The notes: generated from the letters alone by a model not told the origin. A stretch of DNA of 64,000 nucleotides from an uncultured Leptospirales bacterium (GCA_964514165.1 CAZEPS010000002.1:873-64872); one strand, 5' to 3'. Shown: positions 8,590 through 18,145, counted from the first letter of the stretch. Numbers and translations are program-made.

Positions 8590-10524
8590 ATGAACAGGAA
8601 GACCCATAAAAAAGACCAGGTAGAAACCGTGCTCGAGAGTATCGAGGAGAACCGGAGCGTACATCTCCACATTCCCTCGGTGGGGAGGATCCACGTCGAC
8701 CGGAAACTCCCCTTTATCATTCTCTACCGGTTTAACGGCGACTTTCGCGACTATGGCGCGTCACGCCTCATCAGGAGCGAGTCGTCCTACCTTCTGTACG
8801 AGGATGGGGAAGAAGGATTCCCCCTCTTGAAAAAACTTCTCGAGTCGGTGGTGACGCTCCTTGACCGGGAGTTCGGCGCCTGCCTCATCGTGTCTATCCG
8901 CTTTACCGACGACTATACCCTGGACGACAGCGAGATGCTCGGGCCCGAGGTCGCGATCATCAACCCCGAAGGGCGGCAGGCCGAGAACTTCACCGGCACC
9001 CTGGAGCGGGAGCTCGGGAAGTTCATGGTCGAACGGACGAAGATGAGAATCCGCCTGCGGCGTATCAGGGGGGAGTGCCTTCCGGAGATTACACGCGTTG
9101 TCGGGAAAAAACTCCCTGCCGGGCTGAACTGCTTTACCGTGGGGGTGGAGCTCAATCCATTTTTCATCAACCCGGAGAACACCATGCCCTACCCCCTGGT
9201 GTTCCGGCGGTTCCACCGGTTTTTTTCCCGGTCGTTGCGGCGGGCCCTCTTCGATTTTACCAGGACCAAGACCGGAAGGAGGCCGAAGAACTACCAGGCC
9301 CTGGGCAACAGGGGCTTCGTCAGGAACGTCCGTGACATCGACCGCTCCATCGCGGAGATCAGCAACCTGTTTGACCTGCTTTTTCTCGTGACGCCGTATA
9401 ACGTTGACGACGCGTGGCAGGTTTTCCGGAGATCCGGCTTCAGCAAAAAACCGGATTTCCGGTACCGCCCGGTACCGGTCGAGCCCGCCAGGCTCAAGCA
9501 CCAGCTCTTTAAGATAGATCTGAATTCCATAGATGACCCGGTATTTTTTCAGCTTTTTTACGAAAAACAGCTTGAACTCGACCGGCAGATTTCGCTACTT
9601 CAAGACAGGGGGACGAAACGGTTCCTCTACGGCAGCCTGCAGCTTTACGGCGGGATTGGCGACGAGCTTTGCGAAACCGCCGAGAAGATCCTGGAACGCT
9701 ATCCCCGGCCGGTTCCGGGAACGGGCCGGGAGAGCTACTATTCGGCGAAGGAGATCGCCGGCCGGGCGGTCCGCGAGATCGAAAAGTACCGGAAGCAGTA
9801 CCGGGAGATAACCTCCAAGGTGGTGATCGACGACGACGTGAGCGGCATCCTGGTTTCACGGGGGAACCTCTTCATCGGGACGAAGACCAGGATACGGAAG
9901 ACCAGGCTGCGATCGGTCCTGAACCACGAGGTGGGGATCCACATAGTCACCTATTTCAACGGCATGTCCCAGCCCTTTCAGCTTTTGAAGTCAGGGTTCG
10001 CCGGGTACGATGAGCTCCAGGAGGGGATAGCGATCCTCTCGGAACATATAACAGGGGGCCTGGACGAGAACCGGCTCAGGCTCCTGGCGGCACGGGTCAT
10101 GGCGGCGAGGATGATGGTGGACGGCGCCGATTTCGTTGATGCCTTTCGCCGGCTTCACCGGGAATACGGGTTCTCGCAAAACCTTTCGTTCATTATCGCC
10201 ATGCGGAACTTCCGTAGCGGTGGTTTCATAAAGGACATTGTCTACCTGAAAGGATTTATAAAACTTTTATACTATCTACACGAAAACAACAACTGGGAGC
10301 ATTTATTTTTCGGCAAGGTGTCTTTTGAACAGATTCCGTTCGTGCTGGAACTCGAATCGAGAAAAATACTCGGCAATATCCCGGTAATACCCGGTTTTAT
10401 CAGCGAGTACATGGAAAAGAACGGGAACCGTAACGGCGGGCTGAGTCCCGAATACCGGGACCTTCTTGCAATCATGGATAAATCAAAAATATTAGATATG
10501 CCCTTATCACATAACAAGAGTTAA
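8590..10524 (+). CDS. flavohemoglobin expression-modulating QEGLA-motif protein (DUF1704 / carboxypeptidase-like domain)
   Basis: 644 aa. HEVGIHIVT metal-binding-like motif and the ELQEGIAILSE (QEGLA-type) motif. It follows the FGase gene by 6 bp and precedes the ATP-grasp gene. Confidence 0.7.
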   Translation: MNRKTHKKDQVETVLESIEENRSVHLHIPSVGRIHVDRKLPFIILYRFNGDFRDYGASRLIRSESSYLLYEDGEEGFPLLKKLLESVVTLLDREFGACLIVSIRFTDDYTLDDSEMLGPEVAIINPEGRQAENFTGTLERELGKFMVERTKMRIRLRRIRGECLPEITRVVGKKLPAGLNCFTVGVELNPFFINPENTMPYPLVFRRFHRFFSRSLRRALFDFTRTKTGRRPKNYQALGNRGFVRNVRDIDRSIAEISNLFDLLFLVTPYNVDDAWQVFRRSGFSKKPDFRYRPVPVEPARLKHQLFKIDLNSIDDPVFFQLFYEKQLELDRQISLLQDRGTKRFLYGSLQLYGGIGDELCETAEKILERYPRPVPGTGRESYYSAKEIAGRAVREIEKYRKQYREITSKVVIDDDVSGILVSRGNLFIGTKTRIRKTRLRSVLNHEVGIHIVTYFNGMSQPFQLLKSGFAGYDELQEGIAILSEHITGGLDENRLRLLAARVMAARMMVDGADFVDAFRRLHREYGFSQNLSFIIAMRNFRSGGFIKDIVYLKGFIKLLYYLHENNNWEHLFFGKVSFEQIPFVLELESRKILGNIPVIPGFISEYMEKNGNRNGGLSPEYRDLLAIMDKSKILDMPLSHNKS

Positions 10525-10527
10525 ACT

Positions 10528-11571
10528 ATGGATATTGGATTTGTCATTAATTCCCTGGACACGGAAAAGTCCACTTACAGCACCACCCGCCTCGCAAGGA
10601 ACGCGGTGAACCGGGGGCACCGGGTCTGGACCGTCGAGGTGGATGACTTCGCATACGATCCGGACGAAATGATCCGGGCCAGGGCCACCACCGTGCCGAA
10701 GGACAACTACAAGAATGACGAGCTCTACCTCTCCGATCTCAGGGGCAAGAAGGCCGTAAGCGAGCGCATAACGGTGAGCGACCTGGACATCCTGATGCTC
10801 AGGAACGATCCTTCCGAGGACACTATCAGGCGGCCCTGGGCCCAGCACGCGGGCATAACCTTCGGGCGCATGGCCATGAACCACGGCGTCATCGTCCTCA
10901 ATGACCCGAACGGCCTGGCCAAGGCGATGAACAAGTCCTACTTCCAGACCTTCCCCGAGCAGGTACGGCCCTCCACCCTCATCACCAGGGATCGGGGGGA
11001 CATCAGGCATTTCGCGAAGCACCACAAGCAGATTGTCATAAAGCCCCTTCAGGGCTCCGGGGGGACCAACGTCTTCATGGTGCGGCCCGAAGACATGCCG
11101 AACATCAACCAGATGATCGACGCCATAATCCGGGACGGGTACATCATCGCCCAGGAGTACCTGCCGGCAGCGGAGCAGGGGGACGTGCGCCTCTTTGTCA
11201 TGAACGGCAGCCCCCTTCGTTACAAGGGAAAATTCGCGGCCTTCAGCCGTGTGCGGAGCGGGGGAGACCTGAGGAGCAACATCCACGCCGGGGGTTCCCT
11301 CGAGGCAGCCGAGGTCACTGAGGATATGCTCCACCTGGTGGAGATAGTGAGGCCGAAACTCGTGGTTGACGGCATGTTTCTCGTGGGCCTCGACATCGCA
11401 GGGGACAAGTTGATGGAAATCAACGTGTTCACTCCCGGCGGTCTCGGGAGCGCCCAGAAGTTCGAGAAGGTCAATTTCGCCAGCGCGGTCATCCAGGCCC
11501 TGGAGCGAAAGGTCCAGTACATGAAGTACTACAACCGGCGGTTCAGCAACGTGGAGATGGCGACGCTGTAA
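10528..11571 (+). CDS. ATP-grasp family protein (glutathione synthetase / RimK-like alpha-L-glutamate ligase homolog)
   Basis: 347 aa with a prokaryotic GshB/RimK-like ATP-grasp fold. It starts 4 bp after the QEGLA gene. Confidence 0.7.
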   Translation: MDIGFVINSLDTEKSTYSTTRLARNAVNRGHRVWTVEVDDFAYDPDEMIRARATTVPKDNYKNDELYLSDLRGKKAVSERITVSDLDILMLRNDPSEDTIRRPWAQHAGITFGRMAMNHGVIVLNDPNGLAKAMNKSYFQTFPEQVRPSTLITRDRGDIRHFAKHHKQIVIKPLQGSGGTNVFMVRPEDMPNINQMIDAIIRDGYIIAQEYLPAAEQGDVRLFVMNGSPLRYKGKFAAFSRVRSGGDLRSNIHAGGSLEAAEVTEDMLHLVEIVRPKLVVDGMFLVGLDIAGDKLMEINVFTPGGLGSAQKFEKVNFASAVIQALERKVQYMKYYNRRFSNVEMATL

Positions 11572-11958
11572 GCCATCGTCTGTTTCGAAAAAAGTGAAAA
11601 AGCCGCGCCTTACGGCGCGGTAGAACCGCAATATTTGCGCTCGGCCATATGGGCGGCGGTACTGCTCTTCTTTTCTTCACCGCGGTTCATGTTCATGAGC
11701 AAAAATTTCACCTGGTATTCACTCGTATCAGCCCTGCTTCTCATCGGTTATTTCGTGTGGCGCAGCCTGGATTATGTGTTCATTATATGAGATTTTATTC
11801 GTGTGATGATTACGTTTCGCTGTCGGTAAAAAAGTGATTGCTGAAACAGGCGAGTTTCATGCCTAATGCGCTATAACGATTGAGACCGATTTTCTTTTCA
11901 TGAAAATTTTTTTGAAATGGCCGATACTCATAAATTAGAACATTCAATCGGATAACGG

Positions 11959-13566
11959 GTGATGAATATTGTCATAGCGGGCCCCAAGGGGGCGGGGAAA
12001 AGCAGCGTTGGCCGGATACTCTCCGGCCTCCTGGACATTCCCCATCTTGAGACAGACGACATTATCGAGCAGGAGTATGAGAAACAATCCGGAAAGATGC
12101 TCATCTGCCGTGAAATCCACCGGGCCCATGGTGAAACCGAGTTCCGCGCCCTGGAGGCACGGGCGGTGGAAAAAGCGGCGCAGGAACGGTTCACTATATT
12201 AAGTACCGGCGGGTCCGCCCTGTTGAACCCAGAAAACCGGCGACTGCTTCGGCATAGCGGGATGATGGTCTACCTGAAAGGGGACCCCGGCCTTCTCTGG
12301 TCCCGTGTTATACAGGACGGGATCCCCGCCTATCTCAAAAGTGACAATCCCCGGGACGAGTTCAGCGCCAGGGTGCGGATGATTGACGAAATAGTGCTCC
12401 CCTATGCAGATACAGTGATTGAAACCGGCCCGGATGAAACCCCGGAGCATATCGCTCAACGTGTTAAAGATCGCGTCGAAGAGGAGATGTATCTTTCTTC
12501 CGCCCGGTTCAGCACCCTGGGCCATATTCTGCAGGTGCATACATTCGGCGAAAGCCACGGCCCGGCCCTTGGGGTTGTAATCGACGGGCTTCCGCCGAAA
12601 ATCGCCGTTTCGGAAGAGAGCATCCAGCACGAGCTGGACCGGAGGCGCCCGGGACAGAGCAGCGTCACCACCTCCCGCTCGGAAGCGGACCGGGTGCGCG
12701 TTCTTTCCGGGGTGTTCGAGGGCCAGACCACCGGGGCGCCCCTGGCCATGGTCATTGAGAACAGGCATCACCGCTCAAAGGACTACGAGGCGTTCAGGGA
12801 TATTTTCCGTCCCGGTCACGCCGATTTCACGTACTGGAAAAAGTACGGGATACGAGATTACCGGGGCGGCGGGCGCAGCTCCGGGCGGGAGACCGCGGGC
12901 CGGGTCATGGGGGGCGCGGTGGCGAAGCAGGTCCTGGCGCAGCGGGGTGTCGAGATCCGCGCCTTTTCCCTGGAGATCGCCGGTGTGCGGGCCGACACCA
13001 TTGACTACGATGTTATCGAAAAGAACCCGGTCCGCAGCCCCGATTCCCGGGCGGCCGTGGAAATGGAAAAGGCCATTATCAACGCGAAGGAGCAGGACGA
13101 CTCGGTGGGAGGCATCATCCAGGTGCAGATAACGGGCGTCGAGGCCGGCCTGGGGGACCCGGTCTTCGCAAAGCTCGACGCCCGCCTGGGTGGGGCGTTT
13201 TTTTCAATCGGCGCCGTCAAGGGAGTGGAAATAGGCGAGGGCTTCAACGCGGCCCGTTTGCGGGGCAGCGCCAACAATGATCAAATGAAGGACGGCGGTT
13301 TTTTGACAAACCGCGCCGGCGGCATAACCGGCGGAATCAGCACCGGGGAGACCATAATCGCCCGGGTTGCGGTGAAACCGACCCCCTCCATAGGACTGCC
13401 CCAGCAGACATTCGATACGTCGGGGAAAAATCGTGACCTGAGTATCGAGGGGCGCCACGACCCGTGCATCGTTCCCCGGGCGGTCCCGGTGGTCGAAGCC
13501 ATGGCGGCCCTCGTCATCCTGGACTGCCTGCTCATACAGGATCATCTGCGGGAAAAGCAGAAGTAA
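11959..13566 (+). CDS. aroK-aroC: bifunctional shikimate kinase / chorismate synthase fusion protein
   Basis: 535 aa. The N-terminal ~170 aa is shikimate kinase (Walker A GPKGAGKSSVGR, LSTGGS, MVYLKG). The C-terminal ~360 aa is chorismate synthase (TFGESHGPALG, RRRPGQSS, FRPGHADFTY, GGGRSSGRETA, GRHDPC). Confidence 0.85.
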   Translation: MMNIVIAGPKGAGKSSVGRILSGLLDIPHLETDDIIEQEYEKQSGKMLICREIHRAHGETEFRALEARAVEKAAQERFTILSTGGSALLNPENRRLLRHSGMMVYLKGDPGLLWSRVIQDGIPAYLKSDNPRDEFSARVRMIDEIVLPYADTVIETGPDETPEHIAQRVKDRVEEEMYLSSARFSTLGHILQVHTFGESHGPALGVVIDGLPPKIAVSEESIQHELDRRRPGQSSVTTSRSEADRVRVLSGVFEGQTTGAPLAMVIENRHHRSKDYEAFRDIFRPGHADFTYWKKYGIRDYRGGGRSSGRETAGRVMGGAVAKQVLAQRGVEIRAFSLEIAGVRADTIDYDVIEKNPVRSPDSRAAVEMEKAIINAKEQDDSVGGIIQVQITGVEAGLGDPVFAKLDARLGGAFFSIGAVKGVEIGEGFNAARLRGSANNDQMKDGGFLTNRAGGITGGISTGETIIARVAVKPTPSIGLPQQTFDTSGKNRDLSIEGRHDPCIVPRAVPVVEAMAALVILDCLLIQDHLREKQK

Positions 13567-13575
13567 GGATCCCTG

Positions 13576-14118
13576 ATGAAAGACGGAAGAAAACGTCCCG
13601 CCGTTTTCCTCGACCGCGACGGGACGATTATAGAGGACAACGGGTATATCGACAGGATCGAACAGGTCGAATTTTATCCTTTCGCCGTCGACGCCCTGAA
13701 GATGCTTCACGAAGAATTTCTTCTCTTTATCGTCACCAACCAGTCGGGAATATCCCTTGGAAAGATAAGCGGGGAAGCGGCCGCAGAAGTAAACGCCCAT
13801 GTTGCATCGGTATTGCGTTCTCATGGAATAACCATCCAGCAGACCTTCTGCTGCGTCCATACCAGGGACGAGAATTGCGCCTGTATTAAACCAAAGCCTT
13901 ATTTCATTAATAAAGCGAACAGGGACTACGGTATCGATATCGCCGCGTCCTATACCGTTGGCGATCATCCCCATGACGTTGAATTCGGAGACGGGGCCGG
14001 GGCAACGGGACTGTATGTTTTAACAGGGCATGGGAGAAAACATGCCGATGACCTTCCCGCAAATAAACAGAGGTTTGATAACATCATGGATGCCGCGGCC
14101 TTCATCACGGGACGTTGA
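13576..14118 (+). CDS. HAD-IIIA family phosphatase (GmhB / histidinol-phosphatase-like)
   Basis: 180 aa. FLDRDGTI (DxD motif), TNQSG, and a GmhB-like C-x-C cluster (CACIKP). Confidence 0.75.
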   Translation: MKDGRKRPAVFLDRDGTIIEDNGYIDRIEQVEFYPFAVDALKMLHEEFLLFIVTNQSGISLGKISGEAAAEVNAHVASVLRSHGITIQQTFCCVHTRDENCACIKPKPYFINKANRDYGIDIAASYTVGDHPHDVEFGDGAGATGLYVLTGHGRKHADDLPANKQRFDNIMDAAAFITGR

Positions 14119-14385
14119 CAGGGATAGCTGTTGAAACAATTCATTGATTATATCAATCATTTCCCGCACATACGCGCATTCGCAATGTGCCGGACAGGGG
14201 CGCAGTTCGGATTTTTGAAGGCAGTAGCCGGGGCAGTCGTCGCTCCCGGTTAGGTGATTCTTTGATAGTAAAAGTGTTTGCCGACTTGAATATTGTGATG
14301 TATTATCATATCAGGGTGAAGCGTACACCCTGAGTAATCAACATCGAGGATCTGATCAGCAAAAACGTGCTTTCAAAAGGAAGAA

Positions 14386-15102
14386 ATGCGGAACGAACAA
14401 TACGTGTGCGAAAACTGCGGATACAACATGGTCGGATATTATCCGGAGCGGTGCCCCTTTTGCGGGGCGCCGAGAGAGATGATTATCGCCATGGAAGAGT
14501 GCATGAAAAAATATTCGGTCAGGGAAGAGAAGATCACCGATACCATAAGCGGGCTCCGGTCCCGTCCAGAGCTCGGGTACGAGCATTCAGCGTACCGCCT
14601 TGAAACATCCGGCCCTGCGGTGATGATCGACTGCCCGTCTTCCTTTGACCGGAACTTGAGCCGGGTTGACGTCAACCTCTTCACCCACCACCATTTTCTC
14701 GGTGCCAGCAATCTCTACCGGGAACTCTTCAACAGCCGGGTCCATATACACGAACAGGATTCGAACCACGACCTCTGCCGGGGATTTGTTTTCGACACCG
14801 GGTTCACGGAGAACTTCGACCTGCACGGTATCGAGGCCTTTCACATCAACGGCCATACCCCCGGGTTTACCTGCTATATATTCGAGAACGCCCTGTTTGT
14901 GTGCGATTACGTGTTCGCGAAAAAAGACGGTGTACCCCATACGTTTAATCCATACGGCCACGGAAGGTTGACCCTCGACGGGGCCCGGATGATGCGGTCC
15001 ATCATCGAGGAGAGGGATATCGAATGGGTGTGCGGCCAGGACTACGTGGGCAGGTACTCCTCGTGGAAACCGGCATTCGACATGCTGATAGAAAATGCCT
15101 GA
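14386..15102 (+). CDS. MBL-fold metallo-hydrolase with N-terminal rubredoxin-like zinc ribbon
   Basis: The N-terminus has CENCGY..CPFCG (4 Cys). A beta-lactamase-fold body with an HHHF-type metal motif follows. Confidence 0.65.
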   Translation: MRNEQYVCENCGYNMVGYYPERCPFCGAPREMIIAMEECMKKYSVREEKITDTISGLRSRPELGYEHSAYRLETSGPAVMIDCPSSFDRNLSRVDVNLFTHHHFLGASNLYRELFNSRVHIHEQDSNHDLCRGFVFDTGFTENFDLHGIEAFHINGHTPGFTCYIFENALFVCDYVFAKKDGVPHTFNPYGHGRLTLDGARMMRSIIEERDIEWVCGQDYVGRYSSWKPAFDMLIENA

Positions 15103-15155
15103 TAAGGCAAACGCCTGATTGGGTTGCCGGCATTCCAGGCCCCGAGCGTTATGTG

Positions 15156-15983
15156 TCACTTCACCTGGCTCATCACCGCCTTGTCAAAGAACCGGTCGCT
15201 GAAGCAGCGCCGAATAAACATGAGCGGTTTAGCCATACTGCCCCCGGCGTACCGGGTCTTCGGTTTCCGGGCCTTTACCGCTTTTGAAACGATATCTGCG
15301 ATTACTGAAGGATGGGATCCTCTCCCTTTCTCATATGTTGATTCGGTGGCCTTGACGAGTTTAGCTACGAGCCCACTATAGGCAGACCCTTCCGATCGTT
15401 TCTTGAGGCCCTCGAGGAGAACGTCACCGAACTCGGTTTTTATCATCCCCGGTTCGACAATGACCACGTCAATGTTGAAATCCTTCAATTCAAGCCGCAG
15501 GCAGTCGGACCATCCCTCCAGGGCGTGTTTCGTGGCGTGGTACCATGCTCCCAGGGGGGTGTAGATCTTTCCACCCATGGAGGAGATGTTGACGATAGTA
15601 CCGGACTTCTGTTTTCTCATATAGGGGAGGACCCGCCGGGTGAGCCTGGCCAGGCCGAAGAGGTTCACCTCGAACTGGTACCGGGCGTCTTCGATGCTGG
15701 TGTCCTCCACGGTGCCGTAGGAGCCGAACCCGGCGTTGTTCACGAGAACGTCTATGCCTCCGTGGTTATTCTCCACGGTCATGACCGCGTTTACCACGTC
15801 CTCCTCTTTGGTGATGTCCATTTTGATGACGCGGGCCCCGAGTTCCTCCAGGTCTTTCATTTTTTCAACCCGCCGGGCTGCCGCGTACACGGTGAGTCCG
15901 TCGGCCAGGAGTTTCTTCGCGATCTCCTTCCCCATTCCCGAGGATGCCCCGGTCACGAATGCTGTTTTCTTTCCTGTTTTCAT
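15156..15983 (-). CDS. SDR family NAD(P)-dependent oxidoreductase
   Basis: TGASSGMGK Rossmann motif, NNAG, and the YxxxK catalytic motif (YHATK). The start is placed at MKTGKK; the ORF extends 13 codons upstream. Confidence 0.85.
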   Translation of the reverse strand: MKTGKKTAFVTGASSGMGKEIAKKLLADGLTVYAAARRVEKMKDLEELGARVIKMDITKEEDVVNAVMTVENNHGGIDVLVNNAGFGSYGTVEDTSIEDARYQFEVNLFGLARLTRRVLPYMRKQKSGTIVNISSMGGKIYTPLGAWYHATKHALEGWSDCLRLELKDFNIDVVIVEPGMIKTEFGDVLLEGLKKRSEGSAYSGLVAKLVKATESTYEKGRGSHPSVIADIVSKAVKARKPKTRYAGGSMAKPLMFIRRCFSDRFFDKAVMSQVK

Positions 15984-16027
15984 AATTTTCTCCAGTAGTG
16001 TATTTAAGAGACGCTGTGTCATTTATA

Positions 16028-16160
16028 TAAAAATAAGAGACAGAATGTCTTTTGTCAAGGGGTCAGAGCCTTTTTTTCATAAAATTTGTGTCTTTTTGGG
16101 GAATTCACGTTTTTTTAGCAATATCATGGTTGACAGGTGACACAGTGTCTCTTATTTTTA
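16028..16160. repeat. 133-bp inverted-repeat element (perfect 15-bp TIR TAAAAATAAGAGACA, arms extendable to ~33 bp imperfect) overlapping a promoter
   Basis: TIRs at 16028-16042 and 16146-16160. The internal GGGGTCAGAGCC plus T7 motif (16059-16077) is shared with the MITE at 31426. A TTGACA (16129-16134) - 17 bp - TATTTT promoter overlaps the right arm. Confidence 0.6.
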
Positions 16161-16222
16161 CGGCAACAGGCTGCAGAAGCATCGGCTCAGCACCTGGATA
16201 TCTTATTTCAGGAGGCGGTTTC

Positions 16223-16726
16223 ATGAGTTTTCTCGATTACACGGTCAACTGGTGCAGGGGGGAGATATTCGAAGGGTGGGCCATCCTTACCGCCGGTTTT
16301 GTCCTTCTTGCCGCGACTCTCGGTTTCTGGAAACTCGGCACAACGGAACTGGCCAGGGCGATTGTTGTCCCCATGCTGGCAGTTACCCTGCTCACCCTTG
16401 CTCTGGGAGGGTACCTGGTGGTCCAGAACAAGATCAGGATACCCGCCTTTCAGGAGGAGTACCGGCAGGACCCGGCCGCCTTTAAGGAACAGGAACTCAA
16501 GCGGGTCGAGGGCTTTGTCAGCGCCTACAAGTATACCTTTACGACAGCGGCTGTAATCATGATCACTGCCGTCGGGCTCTTTCTCCTCGGGAAAAGTCCC
16601 CTGTTGCGGAGTGTCGCCCTGGCATTGATGGTTCTTTCTTTTATAGTATTCATTGTCGACCACTTCTCACGGGAGAGGGCCCTTGACTACCAGGAGAACA
16701 TCACCCGGGCCGCCGGCACGGAATGA
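16223..16726 (+). CDS. hypothetical membrane protein (4 predicted TM helices)
   Basis: The start at MSFLDY is preceded by a GGAGG SD. Hydrophobic segments are present. The ORF extends upstream into the repeat, which is unlikely to be coding. Confidence 0.55.
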   Translation: MSFLDYTVNWCRGEIFEGWAILTAGFVLLAATLGFWKLGTTELARAIVVPMLAVTLLTLALGGYLVVQNKIRIPAFQEEYRQDPAAFKEQELKRVEGFVSAYKYTFTTAAVIMITAVGLFLLGKSPLLRSVALALMVLSFIVFIVDHFSRERALDYQENITRAAGTE

Positions 16727-16759
16727 GATTTTTGTCAGGAGCCTGTTACGGTGCGGACT

Positions 16760-17431
16760 ATGGCAGATACGAAAAATATACTGATAACCGGGGCCACCGG
16801 CATGGTGGGGGGAGAGGCGCTGAATTATGCCCTGGGACGGGACGACGTGACCGGGGTGACGGCCCTGGTGCGAAGGCCCACCGGTGTGACCCACGGAAAG
16901 CTGAACGAGATAGTCCATGACGATTTCATGGACTACAAACCGGTGGCGAACCATTTTGAAAATATCACCGCCTGCGCCTACTGCGTCGGGGTCTATACCG
17001 GTGCGGTGCCCGGTGAGGAGTTTGCCAGGATAACCGTTGATTACTCCCGGGCCTTCTCGGACATGCTCCGTGAAAAAAGCCCCGGCGCCGCCCTGTCGTT
17101 CCTGAGCGGGGGAGGGGCCGACTCAACCGAAAAAAGCCGTATCCTCTTTGCCCGGGAAAAGGGAAAGGCGGAGAATATTTTTCGGGGCGCCGGCTTCAGT
17201 CGGGTGCACGTACTGCGTCCCGGGTACATTTATCCGGTTACCCCGCGCAGGGAACCGAACATGATGTACCGGGTCTCCCGGTTTCTCTGGGAGCACGGCC
17301 TCGGCAGGATCGCCCCGGGCCTCGGCATATCCTCCCGGGAACTGGGCAGGGCCATGGTGGACACGGCCCTGGACGGTGCCGGCAGGGAGATCCTGGAAAA
17401 TACCGATATCAGGAGGTTCCTGGGGATCTGA
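16760..17431 (+). CDS. NAD(P)H-binding protein (NmrA/epimerase-like, atypical SDR)
   Basis: ILITGATGMVGGE Rossmann motif; ~220 aa. Confidence 0.7.
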   Translation: MADTKNILITGATGMVGGEALNYALGRDDVTGVTALVRRPTGVTHGKLNEIVHDDFMDYKPVANHFENITACAYCVGVYTGAVPGEEFARITVDYSRAFSDMLREKSPGAALSFLSGGGADSTEKSRILFAREKGKAENIFRGAGFSRVHVLRPGYIYPVTPRREPNMMYRVSRFLWEHGLGRIAPGLGISSRELGRAMVDTALDGAGREILENTDIRRFLGI

Positions 17432-17476
17432 AAATCCCCTTGACGCCCCGCAGGCCGGTCAGGGAGGATCAGCAGC

Positions 17477-18145
17477 ATGGCAGACAGAGAAGAAAATGAA
17501 AACTGGGAGCGGGCCCGGACCGACGAGCAGAAGGAGCAGCGCATCGCTGAGATCGTCGCGGCCACGGTCCGGCTCTACGAAACCGGTGATTATGACGACA
17601 TTACCTTTGCGGCAATCGCCAGGGAAGCGAATTTCACCCGCTCGAACCTGTACAAGTACTTCGAGACGAAAGAGGAGATCTTCCTCGAACTGATTAAGCA
17701 TGATTTTAAAAGGTGGGTTGAGGATCTGTCCGAAACGGTTTCAGAGGAGAGGGAGTACGGCACCGGCGAGTTCGCGTACCTCTGGGCCGCGGTTTTGGTG
17801 CGCCACCCCCGGTTCATCAGGCTCCTTCCCATGCTCAACACCACCCTCGAGACCAATGTCTCACTTGATAAACTGGTGGAGTTCAAGAAGTTTTTCTTCC
17901 AGGTCATGGCAACCGTTGTATCGATAACAATCCAGGCGTTGCCCGCGATAACCATCGACAGGGCCATTGACTTTCTCCGGTACCAGGGAGCCCTGGTGGT
18001 GGGGCTCTCAATCACTTCGCGGCAGACCGATCTTCAAAAAAAGGCTATCGACGAGGCAGGTGGGGTCTACCCGATTCCTCCCCTGGAGGTTTCACTCTCA
18101 GAAACAATCGGTTATGTACTGAGGGGTTTGATTGAAGGGTATTAA
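17477..18145 (+). CDS. TetR/AcrR family transcriptional regulator
   Basis: N-terminal HTH (TFAAIAREANFTRSNLYKYF); ~220 aa, alpha-helical. Confidence 0.85.
   Translation: MADREENENWERARTDEQKEQRIAEIVAATVRLYETGDYDDITFAAIAREANFTRSNLYKYFETKEEIFLELIKHDFKRWVEDLSETVSEEREYGTGEFAYLWAAVLVRHPRFIRLLPMLNTTLETNVSLDKLVEFKKFFFQVMATVVSITIQALPAITIDRAIDFLRYQGALVVGLSITSRQTDLQKKAIDEAGGVYPIPPLEVSLSETIGYVLRGLIEGY

Noticed and set aside
8761-11631. Long minus-strand ORFs 8761..9501 and 10507..11631 opposite the QEGLA and ATP-grasp genes
   Set aside because: They mirror real + strand genes. The translations are Pro/Gly/Arg-rich with no domain signatures.
11575-11640. Hairpin CCGCGCCTTACGGCGCGG after the ATP-grasp gene as a + strand terminator
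   Set aside because: The T-run lies on the opposite side (after the minus-strand reading of the stem) and there is no convincing U-tract for the + strand. Left as an uncalled hairpin, possibly bidirectional.
12199-15159. ORFs 12199..12771(-), 13204..13974(-), 14587..15159(-) opposite aroK-aroC, the HAD phosphatase and the MBL gene
   Set aside because: Antisense to strongly supported genes, and compositionally biased.
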